DNA of 64,000 nt from assembly GCA_963702475.1 (NCBI GenBank), contig CAVPCT010000005.1, forward strand, positions 576,001-640,000. The letters run 5' to 3'. This DNA is from an uncultured Thermoleophilia bacterium (GTDB taxonomy: Bacteria > Actinomycetota > Thermoleophilia > UBA2241). The stretch's first letter is position 1; each line of letters begins with the position of its first letter. Below the pieces are notes generated by a model that saw nothing but the letters and a program-made list of their open reading frames with translations, was not told the origin of the DNA and did not search any database. Position numbers and translations under genes: made by a program. This document shows positions 18,866 through 28,437 of the stretch, piece after piece.

Positions 18866-21304
18866 ATGAGGAAGCTCTACGCCACGTACGTGCGCGCGCT
18901 CACCCTGGGCGCGGTGTTCGCCCTCACCGTAGCAGTCCTCGCGCTCGGCGCCGCCGCCGTTCCGGCGGCCCCCGCCGAGCCGACCATGAGCGTCACCGAG
19001 CTGCAGGACATCCTCGATGCGTCGCCCACCGGCACCGTGGAGGGCTACTTCAAGACGGTGCTCAAGGGCGCCGCGGTCACCAGCATCCCCGTCACCGTGC
19101 AGGCCGTCGTGCCCAACTACATCCCCCAGGGCGCGCTCATCATGTTCGCGGCCGGCGGCCCGGACATCGAGCAGATCGGCGGCATCGCGCAGGGCATGAG
19201 CGGCAGTCCCCTGTTCGTCCCCGCACACGGCGTCGACAAGCTCGTCGGCGCCGTGTCGTACGGGGACTCGTTCACCACCGGCTATCTCGGCCTCGCGACC
19301 CCGGTGGAGTACATGGCCTCCATGGAAGACACCTTTCTGCCGGCCGGCGCCATGACCTCGCTGCCTCGCGCGGTCGCCGTCGCCGGCCGCACCGTCGATC
19401 AGCTGATCATCGCGCCGTCCGTGAGCGCAGCGCGCGCAGCACGGCCCGCGGCCGGCACGTCCGTGATGACGCCGCTCGCCACCATGTCGGTGGTCGGGCT
19501 GCCATCCCGCAGCGCGATCTACAAGGACCTCGTGCGGCGCCTCGAGGCGCACGGCGTCACCGTGGCGCCGGCCGGCGCCGGCCTCATCGGTCAGGCGGTC
19601 CGCAGCGAGACGTCCCTCGATGGCGGCGCGGCGCTGGCCGTGCTCTTCGCACGGGGCGACATCCTGTACGGCGCCGCCGGCACCGTCACCTGGAACGACG
19701 GGGGCCGCGTGGTCGCGTTCGGCCACCCCCTGCTTGGGATCGGCAGCGTGGAGGCGTACCTGCTCGACGCGGCCGTGCACGGGGTCTGGTCCAGCGCCAT
19801 GATCCCCTACAAGGTCGTCTCGCCCGGCAACCTGCGCGGCAGCGTGTTGCAGGACCGCGGCACGGGCGTGGCCGGCAAGACGGGGAGCACACCCGCCGAG
19901 GTCCCCGTCACCGCCGCCGTCACCCTCCTGCCGCAGAACGTGGTCGGCACGGCCAACTCCTACGTGCCGCGCTGGGTGGTCACCAGCATGCCCGGCGGCG
20001 ACGGGCCGTACCTCACCGCAGCCGCCACCGGCGCCGCCGGCTACAACGCCAGCGACAACGCCATGATGCCCGGCAGTGCCTCCACCACGACCACCGTCGT
20101 CGTCGAGGACGCGGCCGGACAGCGCTACACCGTGGCGCGCAGCAACACCTGGGACGACGGCTTCGACGTGCTCGGCCTGCTCTCGTCAGACACCGCCCTC
20201 ATGCTCAGCACCATCGTCAGCGACCCGGACGGCGTCGCCCCGGCCACCGTGATCTCGGTCGACATGAGCGGACAGGCGTCGCCGGCGCGGAGCTCCGCGC
20301 GGATCGTCGACCTGCGCTTTCCGGCGGGGGTGAAGCCGGGCCACCGCGTGCCCTTCCAGGTGGTGCTCAACCTGTACGGCCAGACCAGCCCGCTGCTGCT
20401 CAGCGGGTCGCTGGACGTACCGGCGGGGGCGTCGGCCACCGGCACCGTCAGCGTGTACCCAGCCACATCCGCCCCGGAGGGTGAAGAGGGCATCCCGCCG
20501 GTCGGATCGGACACGTCGGGCGACGGGCGCGACACCGTCGCCGAGCGTGTCGCCGCCGTCAAGGCCCTGCCCACCAACGACCAGCTCCTGGTGCAGTTCG
20601 TACCCGACAGCATGGACTCGAGCGTCGACACGCCCGCCAAGGGGCGAAGCGCCGTACAGGCGGGGTCACTCGACGCCACGCTCACAGTGTCCGGCAGGTT
20701 CGTGACCGGCGGCCTGCAGCGCCGCACCGGCAACGTCACCATCAAGGCGACCCCGCGGTCGACCGCGTACAACGGCTCCTGCACGGTCAGCGGCGCCATC
20801 GCCGAGACCGACGGCGACACCAGCGTCGACATCTACGTGCAGCCCTACGGCACCGCCGAGCCGAGCAGGGTCGCCACCGTCCCGGCGCGCGCGGACGGCT
20901 CGGGCGGCGCCGCCTTCAGCTACGTCGTCACCGGGCTCAAGAAGAACACCGTGATCACCGCGGACTGGCGCGGCGACGCCCGCGCTCTGGGAGCCTCGGC
21001 AGGCACGCGCGTGGCAGTGGGTCAGGCGGTCAAGCTGTCGGCCGCTTCCGCAGGCGGCGGCAAGGTCAAGCTCACAGCGAGGGTACTGCCGGGCAAGACA
21101 GGCCAGACGGTCCGCTTTCAGCACCGCTCCGGCGGATCCTGGGTGACCGTCGGCACGGTCAAGGCGGGCCGCGCATCGGCCGGCGGCTGCACGGCCATGC
21201 TCACCTGGGCCGCGCCGGCCGGCACGAGCACGGTGCGCGCCGTCGCGCCGGCCACGACAGCCAACAGCGCCGGCACGAGCAAGCCGGTCGCCGTGAGGCG
21301 CTGA
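18866..21304 (+). CDS. Secreted SpoIVB/peptidase S55 domain protein
   Basis: Signal peptide, GGIAQGMSGSP, VAFGHPLL; beta-rich C-terminal domains. Confidence 0.85.
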   Translation: MRKLYATYVRALTLGAVFALTVAVLALGAAAVPAAPAEPTMSVTELQDILDASPTGTVEGYFKTVLKGAAVTSIPVTVQAVVPNYIPQGALIMFAAGGPDIEQIGGIAQGMSGSPLFVPAHGVDKLVGAVSYGDSFTTGYLGLATPVEYMASMEDTFLPAGAMTSLPRAVAVAGRTVDQLIIAPSVSAARAARPAAGTSVMTPLATMSVVGLPSRSAIYKDLVRRLEAHGVTVAPAGAGLIGQAVRSETSLDGGAALAVLFARGDILYGAAGTVTWNDGGRVVAFGHPLLGIGSVEAYLLDAAVHGVWSSAMIPYKVVSPGNLRGSVLQDRGTGVAGKTGSTPAEVPVTAAVTLLPQNVVGTANSYVPRWVVTSMPGGDGPYLTAAATGAAGYNASDNAMMPGSASTTTTVVVEDAAGQRYTVARSNTWDDGFDVLGLLSSDTALMLSTIVSDPDGVAPATVISVDMSGQASPARSSARIVDLRFPAGVKPGHRVPFQVVLNLYGQTSPLLLSGSLDVPAGASATGTVSVYPATSAPEGEEGIPPVGSDTSGDGRDTVAERVAAVKALPTNDQLLVQFVPDSMDSSVDTPAKGRSAVQAGSLDATLTVSGRFVTGGLQRRTGNVTIKATPRSTAYNGSCTVSGAIAETDGDTSVDIYVQPYGTAEPSRVATVPARADGSGGAAFSYVVTGLKKNTVITADWRGDARALGASAGTRVAVGQAVKLSAASAGGGKVKLTARVLPGKTGQTVRFQHRSGGSWVTVGTVKAGRASAGGCTAMLTWAAPAGTSTVRAVAPATTANSAGTSKPVAVRR

Positions 21305-21352
21305 CGCCGCGCTCGGCACGGGGCCGAACGACCCGCGGAGCCGAACGACCGA

Positions 21353-21383
21353 CGGGCCCCGGCGGCAAAGCCGCCGGGGCCCG
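21353..21383 (+). terminator. Perfect 14-bp stem hairpin after the S55 gene
   Basis: CGGGCCCCGGCGGC-AAA-GCCGCCGGGGCCCG. Confidence 0.65.
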
Positions 21384-21391
21384 CGTCACGC

Positions 21392-21420
21392 TTGACCGAC
21401 TGGCCACACGAGCGTAAGCT
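21392..21420 (+). promoter_or_regulatory. Sigma70-type promoter
   Basis: TTGACC-17 nt-TAAGCT with no credible CDS downstream. Confidence 0.6.
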
Positions 21421-21426
21421 TTCTGT

Positions 21427-21547
21427 GCGTTTTCATAGTCTATATCTATGAACGCGCGTCCCGTCAGGGGGACGAATGTGGCGCCCGTCCCACCGGGCGC
21501 CCGGGCCCTCGAAGGCGGCGCCACCCCTCCAGGCGCCGCCTTCGGCC
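21427..21547 (+). ncRNA. Candidate sRNA with C-rich loops (6C-like)
   Basis: Four consecutive hairpins after the promoter; the last two have loops TCCCAC and ACCCCTCCA. Confidence 0.55.
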
Positions 21548-21585
21548 TGTGTGGACTCAGCGTCCGCTTCTGCCTGTCCCGGCGC

Positions 21586-22452
21586 TCAGCGCTCGGGCGG
21601 TGCGCCCGCCAGCGCCCTGAACAGCTCCGGCAGCTCGGCTCTCGGCACGATCAGATCGGCGGCTGCCCGCACGTCGGCCGCCGCCTCCGCGACGGCCACG
21701 CCCAGCCCGGCCCAGCGCAGCATGTCCACGTCGTTGTGGCCGTCGCCGCACGCCACCGTCCGCGCCCGCGGCACGCCCAGCTCCGCGCACAGCCACGCCA
21801 GCGTGCCGCTCTTGCTCACGCCGCGATCGGCGATCTCGATGTACGAGGCCTGCGAGCGCACGACGTACAGGCGGTCGCCCCAGAGCCGCTGGAGCCGGGG
21901 TAACAGCTCGTCCACATCCGCCGGCTCGCTGAGGATCACGAACTTGGTCGGTGGCCGTTCCCGCACGAGGGTCTCCAGATCGACGACGCCTGCGACGCCC
22001 ACCTCGACGTACTCGGCGTAGCGCCGCGCCCACGCGTCCATCTCCTCCACGTACAGGCCGTCGTCGACGTAGGCGTTCAGATGTCGCCCGAGCCGGCGGA
22101 CCTGCCGCACCACCTCCACGGCCATGTCGGAGTCCATGCGCTGGTGCCGCAGCACCGCGCCGTCGGCAAGGTCGGCGACCATGCCGCCCTGATAGCAGAT
22201 GATGGGACCGTCCAGCAGGCCGAGGCGCGCTGCCACGCGCCGCGCGCTCACGAACATGCGCCCCGTGCACACGACGACCGTCGTCCCCGCGGCGCGCAGC
22301 ACGTCGAGCGACTCGCGCAGGCCGGAGGGAAACTCGAGCTGTGGGGACAGCAGTGTGCCGTCGAGGTCGCACGCCACGAGCGCCGCACGGCTGAGACGCT
22401 GACCCGGTCCCGGGGGGAGCGCTCCGTGGCGCCGCTGCATCGGGCCGCTCAC
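21586..22452 (-). CDS. Cof-type HAD-IIB hydrolase
   Basis: DLDGTLL, CTGR, GVSKS, GDGHNDVDML. Start uncertain. Confidence 0.9.
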   Translation of the reverse strand: MSGPMQRRHGALPPGPGQRLSRAALVACDLDGTLLSPQLEFPSGLRESLDVLRAAGTTVVVCTGRMFVSARRVAARLGLLDGPIICYQGGMVADLADGAVLRHQRMDSDMAVEVVRQVRRLGRHLNAYVDDGLYVEEMDAWARRYAEYVEVGVAGVVDLETLVRERPPTKFVILSEPADVDELLPRLQRLWGDRLYVVRSQASYIEIADRGVSKSGTLAWLCAELGVPRARTVACGDGHNDVDMLRWAGLGVAVAEAAADVRAAADLIVPRAELPELFRALAGAPPER

Positions 22453-22495
22453 GCGGCGGTCCGCGCGCAGTGACGCCCGGCCGAGAAGCTGCGCC

Positions 22496-23098
22496 TCACC
22501 GGCGCCCGGCAGCCCCCGCGCCCTGCCCCGCCGGGGTGGCGGCGGGCTTCGCGGCGGTGCCGGTGACGCCGCTCACGACCAGGTCGACACCCTCGAGCCT
22601 CACGCCTCCGAGACGGTCGAGGTCGTCCCGCAACAGCAGGGTGACGCGCTCCTGCACGCCGAGGAGGTCGCGCCCGGGCAGCCTCGCCTCGACGCGCACG
22701 AACCAGCCGCCCGCCTCCTTGCTGAGCGCGACGCGGCAGGCCGCCGCGCCCTCGACGTGCTCGCGCACGCTACGCTGCAGTGCCTTCTCGAGGGCGTGCA
22801 CGTCCAGCCGCGCCCGCCCGTCGGCGCCGCCGAACTCGATGACCGGCCGCTTGGAGGAGCCGAGACGAAGCTGGCGGACGGCGAGGATGACGAGCACCAC
22901 GGCGACCACGGCCGTGACGCCGGCGGCGATGCTCGTGGCCAGGCTGGACCCGGCCGTGACGGTGGTCCACCACACTGGGCCCGACCACTCAAGGCCGGGC
23001 TCGGCGGCCACCACCGCCGCGCGCACCAGTGCGGCCATGCCCACGACGAGCCCGACGATCCCGACGACGACGGCGATGAAGCGTGCGGCGGGCGTCAC
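22496..23098 (-). CDS. AmaP-like membrane anchor protein
   Basis: Two TMs plus an Asp23-like alpha/beta domain; downstream of asp23. Confidence 0.6.
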   Translation of the reverse strand: MTPAARFIAVVVGIVGLVVGMAALVRAAVVAAEPGLEWSGPVWWTTVTAGSSLATSIAAGVTAVVAVVLVILAVRQLRLGSSKRPVIEFGGADGRARLDVHALEKALQRSVREHVEGAAACRVALSKEAGGWFVRVEARLPGRDLLGVQERVTLLLRDDLDRLGGVRLEGVDLVVSGVTGTAAKPAATPAGQGAGAAGRR

Positions 23099-23580
23099 GG
23101 CAGGTACCTCTTGAGCTCCGGCACCGTGAGGATGCGCGGCTTGACGGTGACCGCCGCGGGGTCGGCGCCGGTGACCACGAACAGACGGCGGACCACGAGG
23201 GGCTCGACCTCGGCGGCCAGGCGTGCGGGGTCGGCCAGCGGCCGCCCGTACACGCGCACCACGCCGCCGAGCCTGCCGCCCGAGGCCTTGACCTGCGCCT
23301 CGGCGCGCACCACCTCCGGGTGGCGCGCCGCGGCCTGCTCGACGAGCCGCTGCAGCGCGGTCACCGGGACGAGCACGCCGCCGGCGTCGTGCGGCAGCCA
23401 GACCGTCGGCTCGCCGTGCCGCATCACGAGCCACACGAGCAGGCCGACGACCGCCACGCCCGCGACGAGCAGCCAGGCGACCGTACCTTGGTCCTGCGGA
23501 AGGTACAGGTACGGGAAAGGTGAGAAGCCGCAGTCGAATGCCACGGCGACGAGCCGCATGGCGAAGAGCAGCGCGACCAC
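23095..23580 (-). CDS. AmaP-like membrane protein
   Basis: Two TMs and GGVLVP..AL..LV; in the asp23 operon. Start uncertain. Confidence 0.55.
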   Translation of the reverse strand: MVALLFAMRLVAVAFDCGFSPFPYLYLPQDQGTVAWLLVAGVAVVGLLVWLVMRHGEPTVWLPHDAGGVLVPVTALQRLVEQAAARHPEVVRAEAQVKASGGRLGGVVRVYGRPLADPARLAAEVEPLVVRRLFVVTGADPAAVTVKPRILTVPELKRYLP

Positions 23581-23656
23581 GCCGCCGGCGAGCAGCAGGG
23601 CGAAGGTCGCGTACCGTGTGGAGGCCGGCGCCGCTACCCACGCCGGACGGCGCCTG

Positions 23657-24040
23657 TCACCCGTCGGAGCCAGCCTGCTCCTCCGGGAACACGACGTCCG
23701 TGACCATGACGTTGACCGCCCGGACCCTGAGGCCGGTCGTGGCCTCGACCTGCTCGGTGACGGCCTTGCGGCACGCCTCGGCGACGGCCGGGACGCTGGC
23801 CCCGAAGACGATGCTCATGGTGACGTCGATGTCGACGCTGCCGTCACGAAGGTCGACGCTGATGCCGGGCGTACCCTTGTCGCCGCGCAGGCCGGCCAGA
23901 GCGCGAGCGCTTCCGCCGCCCAGGGCGTGGATACCCTCGACGCCGTGGCAGGCCTTGTACGCGACCTTGGCGACCACATTGTCCGAGATCGTGACACCGC
24001 TGGTCGGAGCCGAGCCCTCCGGCTTGGGGGCGTCAGTCAT
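23657..24040 (-). CDS. Asp23/Gls24 envelope stress protein
   Basis: VTISDNVVAKVA...VEGI...VEATTGLRVRAVNVMVTDV. Confidence 0.92.
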   Translation of the reverse strand: MTDAPKPEGSAPTSGVTISDNVVAKVAYKACHGVEGIHALGGGSARALAGLRGDKGTPGISVDLRDGSVDIDVTMSIVFGASVPAVAEACRKAVTEQVEATTGLRVRAVNVMVTDVVFPEEQAGSDG

Positions 24041-24163
24041 CGCGGTCCTCCCCTTCTCGTCTGTGGACCGCCGCGCGGTGCGAGGGCGGCGGCTCCTTCA
24101 CCGCCTACTGTACCCGTCCGAGAGGGTCGGCTGCACGCCGGCGGGCCGGCCGCCGTCAGCGGG

Positions 24164-27100
24164 CTAGCTGCACTTGGAATAGCTGCACCCCGGATCGTTG
24201 CACACCAGGCAGCCGCCCTCGTGACGCATGGCGCCGCCGCAGTCGGGGCAGGCGCCCTGGGCGAGCTCGACCAGCGAGAGCTGCGGCTCGGGCTCCTTGG
24301 CCGAGGCCGCCGCGGCCCCGCGCACGTAGCGCCGCTCCAGCGCCTTGCCGATGGCGTCGGCGCAGCTCAGCGTGGCGTTGGGGCCGAGGCCGTAGGGCGC
24401 ATGGCAGCGGATGCCCTTGAGCTGCTCGGTGACCTCCTCGGCGCTGGCGCCCTTCTTGAGCGCCAGCGAGATGAGCCGGCCCAGCGCCTCGGTGTTGCTG
24501 GAGGCGCAGCCGCCGGCCTTGCCCATGTTGGCGAACACCTCGCGCGGCCCGAACTCGTCGTCGTTCATGATGACGAAGAGCTTGCCGCAGCCCGTCTCCA
24601 TGCGCTGCGTCTCGCCGCTGAGCAGCTGCGGGCGCGAGGGACGCGTGGTGGCGATGCCGACGCCCGGCACGCCCGCCTCGCGCTTCTTCTTGCTCTGGCC
24701 GACGTTGAGCACCTGCTCGTCGCGGCTGCCGTCGCGGTAGATGGTGACGCCCTTGCAGCCGGACCTGTAGGCCAGCGTGTAGACCTTCTCGACGTCGTCG
24801 ACGGTGGCCTCGTTGGCGAAGTTGACCGTCTTGGAGACGGCGTTGTCGGTCCCCTTCTGGAAGGCCGCCTGCAGCTTGATGTGCCACTCCGGTGTGATGT
24901 CGTGGGCGGTGGCGAACACGTGCTGCACGTCGCCCGGCACCCCGTCGAGGTGGCGCACCGAGCCGACGTCGGCGATCTTCTTCATGAGCTCGTCGCTGTA
25001 GAAGCCGCGCTGGCGGGCGACGTGCTCGAAGTACGGCTGCACTTCGACCATGCGGTCGTCGTCGAGCACGTTGGCCCGCACGTAGCTGATGGCGAACAGC
25101 GGCTCGATGCCGCTGGAGCAGCCGGCGATGATGCTGATGGTGCCGGTGGGGGCCACGGTGGTGACCGTGGCGTTGCGCACGCGCGCGCCGGCCGGCGTGT
25201 CGAAGATGGAGCCCTCGAAGTTGGGGAACACGCCGCGTTCGCGCGCGAGGTCTTCGCTGGCCGCGCGCGCCTCGTCGTGGACGAAGCTCATGACCTCGCC
25301 GGCGATGCGCACGGCCTCGTCGGAGTCGTAGGGCACCTGCAGCTGCAGCAGCATGTCGGCGAAGCCCATGACGCCCAGGCCGATCTTGCGGTTGCCCTTG
25401 GTCATCTGCTCGATCTCGGGCAGCGGGTAGCGGTTGACGTCGATGACATCGTCGAGGAAGCGCACGGCGGTGCGCACGGTGTTGCCCAGCTTGCCGTAGT
25501 CGATATGGCCGTCGGGCACGACCTTGGAGAGGTTGATGGAGCCCAGGTTGCAGCTCTCGTAGGGCAGCAGGGGCTGTTCGCCGCAGTTGTGGACGACGAG
25601 TCCGTTGGCCACGAACGAGTGCGTGACGGGCTCGGTGACGTCGTACACCATCTCCATGCCGTCGGGCTCGAGGGCGCGGAAGCGCGCCGTGAACGGCTGC
25701 CGGTACGGGCCGCGGCGGTAGCCGTCGAGGAGCGCGAGCAGCTTGGCCTGTTTGGCCTCGCTGAGGAAGCCGATCTCGGCGGCGAACCGCGCCAGCCCAC
25801 CACGCGACACGGCCAGCTCGTGGTACTCCTTGCAGGCGTACGCGGCGAGTCCGCCGTGGCCGTCCGGCAGTTGCCGCAGCCCCTCTGGCCTGCGGCCCTC
25901 GTAGATGCGCGACGGGATGCCGAAGTTGAGCAGCACCCGCTGCACGTCGCGCAAGAGGCCGCGGCTGATGGAGGTGAGCCGGACGGTGGCACCCTTCTCG
26001 AGCGACCCGCTCACGTGCCCGTCGGCGGTGAACAGCGCCGTGAGGAACCCGCGCTGCATGTCTTCGGACCCGGTGAGCACGCTCTCAGGTACGCGGTGCT
26101 TGCCGCCCGGCCGCAGGCCGTGCTCCTCGGCGACGCGCCAGAAGCGCTCGGACTTGATGCGGTGCTCGTCGCGTCCGGAGACCGCGTAGCCGTTCAGCGT
26201 GTAGGAGCGGTCGAGCAGCTGGCTGCCGTCGACCTCCTCCTGCATCAGCCCGGCGAAGACCGGTGCGAGCTCCTGCTTCTCGTCGCCGAAGAAGGACAGG
26301 ACGACCTCGGTGGCCTTCATGGTGCCGTCGCCGACGAGCCAGCCGAGCAGCATGCCGAGGCGGCGCGAGCCGGTCGCGCCGAACCCGCCCTTGCGGTCGA
26401 GGATGTGGATGCGGTCGCCCTCGACGAGCTCGCTCGCCGGCACCCACCCTCGCGAGGTCTGCACGCGGTGGTCGGCCGTGAGGCGCAGCTCGTAACCCTC
26501 CACGGTCGTGAGCCGGAAGACTGGCTTGATGCCGCTGGCCACGACCTGGGTGGCCCTGGCGCGTGCGCGGTCGGCGGCCATGCGACTGTCGAGCACGAGC
26601 TCGGGACGGCGCCGCGACTCGTACAGGTCGACGATGCGCCTGAGCCCCTGCCCCGTGGAGACCAGCGTCTCGCCGGTGACGCACGGGTTGGTGCTCTCGA
26701 TCTCGCCCACGTGCGGCGTGGGGTTGTCGGCGTTGATGCGGTCGATGAACACGATGCCGGGGTCGCCGTTCTTCCAGGCCAGGTTGACCATGTTCTTGAA
26801 CACCCTGCGGGCGTTCAGGGTCTTGACCGTGTCGCCGGAGCGCGGGTTGACCAGCGCGTACTCCTCGTCGGCGTCGACGGCGCGCATGAAGGCGTCGGTG
26901 ACGGCCACGGAGATGTTGAAGTTGTTGAGGCGGTCGTCGTCCTCCTTGGCGTGGATGAACTCGATGATGTCGGGGTGGTCGACGCGCATGATGCCCATGT
27001 TGGCGCCGCGCCGCGTGCCGCCCTGCTTGATGGTCTCGGTGGCGGCGTCGAACACGCTCATGAACGACAGCGGTCCGCTGGAGACGCCCTTGGTGCTCAG

Positions 27101-27514
27101 CACCACGTCGTTCTGCGGGCGCACGCGCGAGAAGGAGAAGCCGGTGCCGCCGCCGCTCTTGTGGATGAGGGCGGTGTTCTTGATGGCCTCGAAGATGGAC
27201 TCCATGGAGTCGCCGACGGGGAGCACGAAGCAGGCGGACAGCTGACCCAGCTCGCGGCCGGCGTTCATGAGCGTGGGGCTGTTGGGCAGGAACTCGAGCG
27301 TGGTCATGAGCCGGTAGAAGGTGTCTTCCCACTCCTCCACCGCGGCGGCGGGGTTGTAGAGGCGCTCGGCCTGCGAGACGGCTCTGGCGACGCGCCTGAA
27401 CATGGCCTCGGGCGTCTCCAGGACCTCGCCGTTCTCCCCCTTCTTGAGGTATCTGCGCTCGAGGACCTTGAGCGCGTTGGGCGAGAGATCGATGACTGCC
27501 TTCGTGTCTGTCAT
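24164..27514 (-). CDS. nrdJ: Class II (adenosylcobalamin-dependent) ribonucleotide reductase with intein and C-terminal TSCPD/Zn-ribbon
   Basis: FLPNSPTLMNAG, QLSACFVL, QGGTRRGANM, TNP-[intein]-CGEQPL, ESCNLGSINL, APTGT, VSKTVN, KGVTIYRDG, CPDCG...CGYSKC-type tail. Confidence 0.95.
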   Translation of the reverse strand: MTDTKAVIDLSPNALKVLERRYLKKGENGEVLETPEAMFRRVARAVSQAERLYNPAAAVEEWEDTFYRLMTTLEFLPNSPTLMNAGRELGQLSACFVLPVGDSMESIFEAIKNTALIHKSGGGTGFSFSRVRPQNDVVLSTKGVSSGPLSFMSVFDAATETIKQGGTRRGANMGIMRVDHPDIIEFIHAKEDDDRLNNFNISVAVTDAFMRAVDADEEYALVNPRSGDTVKTLNARRVFKNMVNLAWKNGDPGIVFIDRINADNPTPHVGEIESTNPCVTGETLVSTGQGLRRIVDLYESRRRPELVLDSRMAADRARARATQVVASGIKPVFRLTTVEGYELRLTADHRVQTSRGWVPASELVEGDRIHILDRKGGFGATGSRRLGMLLGWLVGDGTMKATEVVLSFFGDEKQELAPVFAGLMQEEVDGSQLLDRSYTLNGYAVSGRDEHRIKSERFWRVAEEHGLRPGGKHRVPESVLTGSEDMQRGFLTALFTADGHVSGSLEKGATVRLTSISRGLLRDVQRVLLNFGIPSRIYEGRRPEGLRQLPDGHGGLAAYACKEYHELAVSRGGLARFAAEIGFLSEAKQAKLLALLDGYRRGPYRQPFTARFRALEPDGMEMVYDVTEPVTHSFVANGLVVHNCGEQPLLPYESCNLGSINLSKVVPDGHIDYGKLGNTVRTAVRFLDDVIDVNRYPLPEIEQMTKGNRKIGLGVMGFADMLLQLQVPYDSDEAVRIAGEVMSFVHDEARAASEDLARERGVFPNFEGSIFDTPAGARVRNATVTTVAPTGTISIIAGCSSGIEPLFAISYVRANVLDDDRMVEVQPYFEHVARQRGFYSDELMKKIADVGSVRHLDGVPGDVQHVFATAHDITPEWHIKLQAAFQKGTDNAVSKTVNFANEATVDDVEKVYTLAYRSGCKGVTIYRDGSRDEQVLNVGQSKKKREAGVPGVGIATTRPSRPQLLSGETQRMETGCGKLFVIMNDDEFGPREVFANMGKAGGCASSNTEALGRLISLALKKGASAEEVTEQLKGIRCHAPYGLGPNATLSCADAIGKALERRYVRGAAAASAKEPEPQLSLVELAQGACPDCGGAMRHEGGCLVCNDPGCSYSKCS
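25586..26683 (-). mobile_element. Intein with LAGLIDADG homing endonuclease (366 aa)
   Basis: Starts CVTGETLV; block B LRLTADHRV; LAGLIDADG motifs LLGWLVGDG and FLTALFTADG; ends VYDVT...HSFVANGLVVHN before Cys. Confidence 0.95.
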
Positions 27515-28083
27515 GCCCGTTGATCCCCCCATGTGGTGCCGTCCGCCGACGGCCCGTTGAAGACTGGTGTCAGGATGTCGTCGTCCGCGTCCAGGCCGGG
27601 AAGAGGCTCCTCGCCCGGCAGGGGGCCGGCCCCGGCCAGCTCGAGGCGCACGAGCTCGCGCTGGAACTCCTCGATGGTCTCGAACTGGCGGTACACGGAC
27701 GCGAAGCGGATGTACGCGACCTTGTCGATGGCCCGGAGCTGGTGAAGGGCTCGCTCGCCCACCAGGTGACTGCTGACCCTGCGTCCCGCGACGCGTTCCA
27801 GCTCGCGCTCGATGGCGTCCACGGCCTGCTCCAGACGCTCCACCGGGATGTCGCGCTTCTCCGTGGCGCGCAGCAGCCCGTTGAGCACCTTGCGGCGCGA
27901 GAAGACCTCCTCGCGGGCGTCGCGCTTGACCACCACGAGCGGGACCTCCTCGACGCGCTCGTAGGTGGTGTAGCGGCGCTCGCAGGCCAGACACTCGCGC
28001 CGGCGGCGCACGCTGTCGCCGGCCTCCGAATCGCGGGAGTCGACGACCTTGCTCTCATCGCTGTTGCAGAAGGGACAACGCAC
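27511..28083 (-). CDS. nrdR: Transcriptional repressor NrdR
   Basis: MRCPFC...VVDSR...RRRRECLAC..RYTTYERVE, ATP cone, VAYIRFASVY. Confidence 0.97.
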   Translation of the reverse strand: MRCPFCNSDESKVVDSRDSEAGDSVRRRRECLACERRYTTYERVEEVPLVVVKRDAREEVFSRRKVLNGLLRATEKRDIPVERLEQAVDAIERELERVAGRRVSSHLVGERALHQLRAIDKVAYIRFASVYRQFETIEEFQRELVRLELAGAGPLPGEEPLPGLDADDDILTPVFNGPSADGTTWGDQRA

Positions 28084-28098
28084 AGGAGACTGGCCTCA

Positions 28099-28114
28099 CC
28101 ACAAGATGTTGTGT
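28099..28114. promoter_or_regulatory. NrdR box
   Basis: CCACAAGATGTTGTGT fits the acaCwAtATaTwGtgt consensus just upstream of nrdR-nrdJ; weak second site near 28133. Confidence 0.75.
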
Positions 28115-28437
28115 GCAGGACGGAACGGGACACCACTATAGAGTATTCATTGGCGCTGACAAGCCACCTTCCTGCCCGTCGCCAGACTGGTTTACGCGTG
28201 GAACCTTTACCCTCAACTTGAGACTGAGAGTTACTCCCTCGAGCGGTGCCGGAGACCAGCGCGGAAGGCAGCATACCCCGCGCCGGGGACGGACGTGCGT
28301 GCGCCGCCGTTGGCGGCATTACCCGGCGCCGGTCGGGAGGCGTCTGAGAGCGCCGGCGGGACCCCGCGGTGGCGCGCACGTCCCGCGGGCCCGCCCCCGG
28401 GGGCGCGAGCGGGCCCAGGCTCGATATACTCAGGGGC

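Noticed and set aside
22757-27523. Very long plus-strand ORF (1588 aa) and similar long ORFs or extensions (e.g. 3406-6285, 37647-39668, 59102-61324)
   Set aside because: Antisense shadows of real genes in high-GC DNA; no motifs.
28084-28437. Cobalamin riboswitch upstream of nrdJ
   Set aside because: No B12-box consensus visible; an NrdR box explains the regulation.
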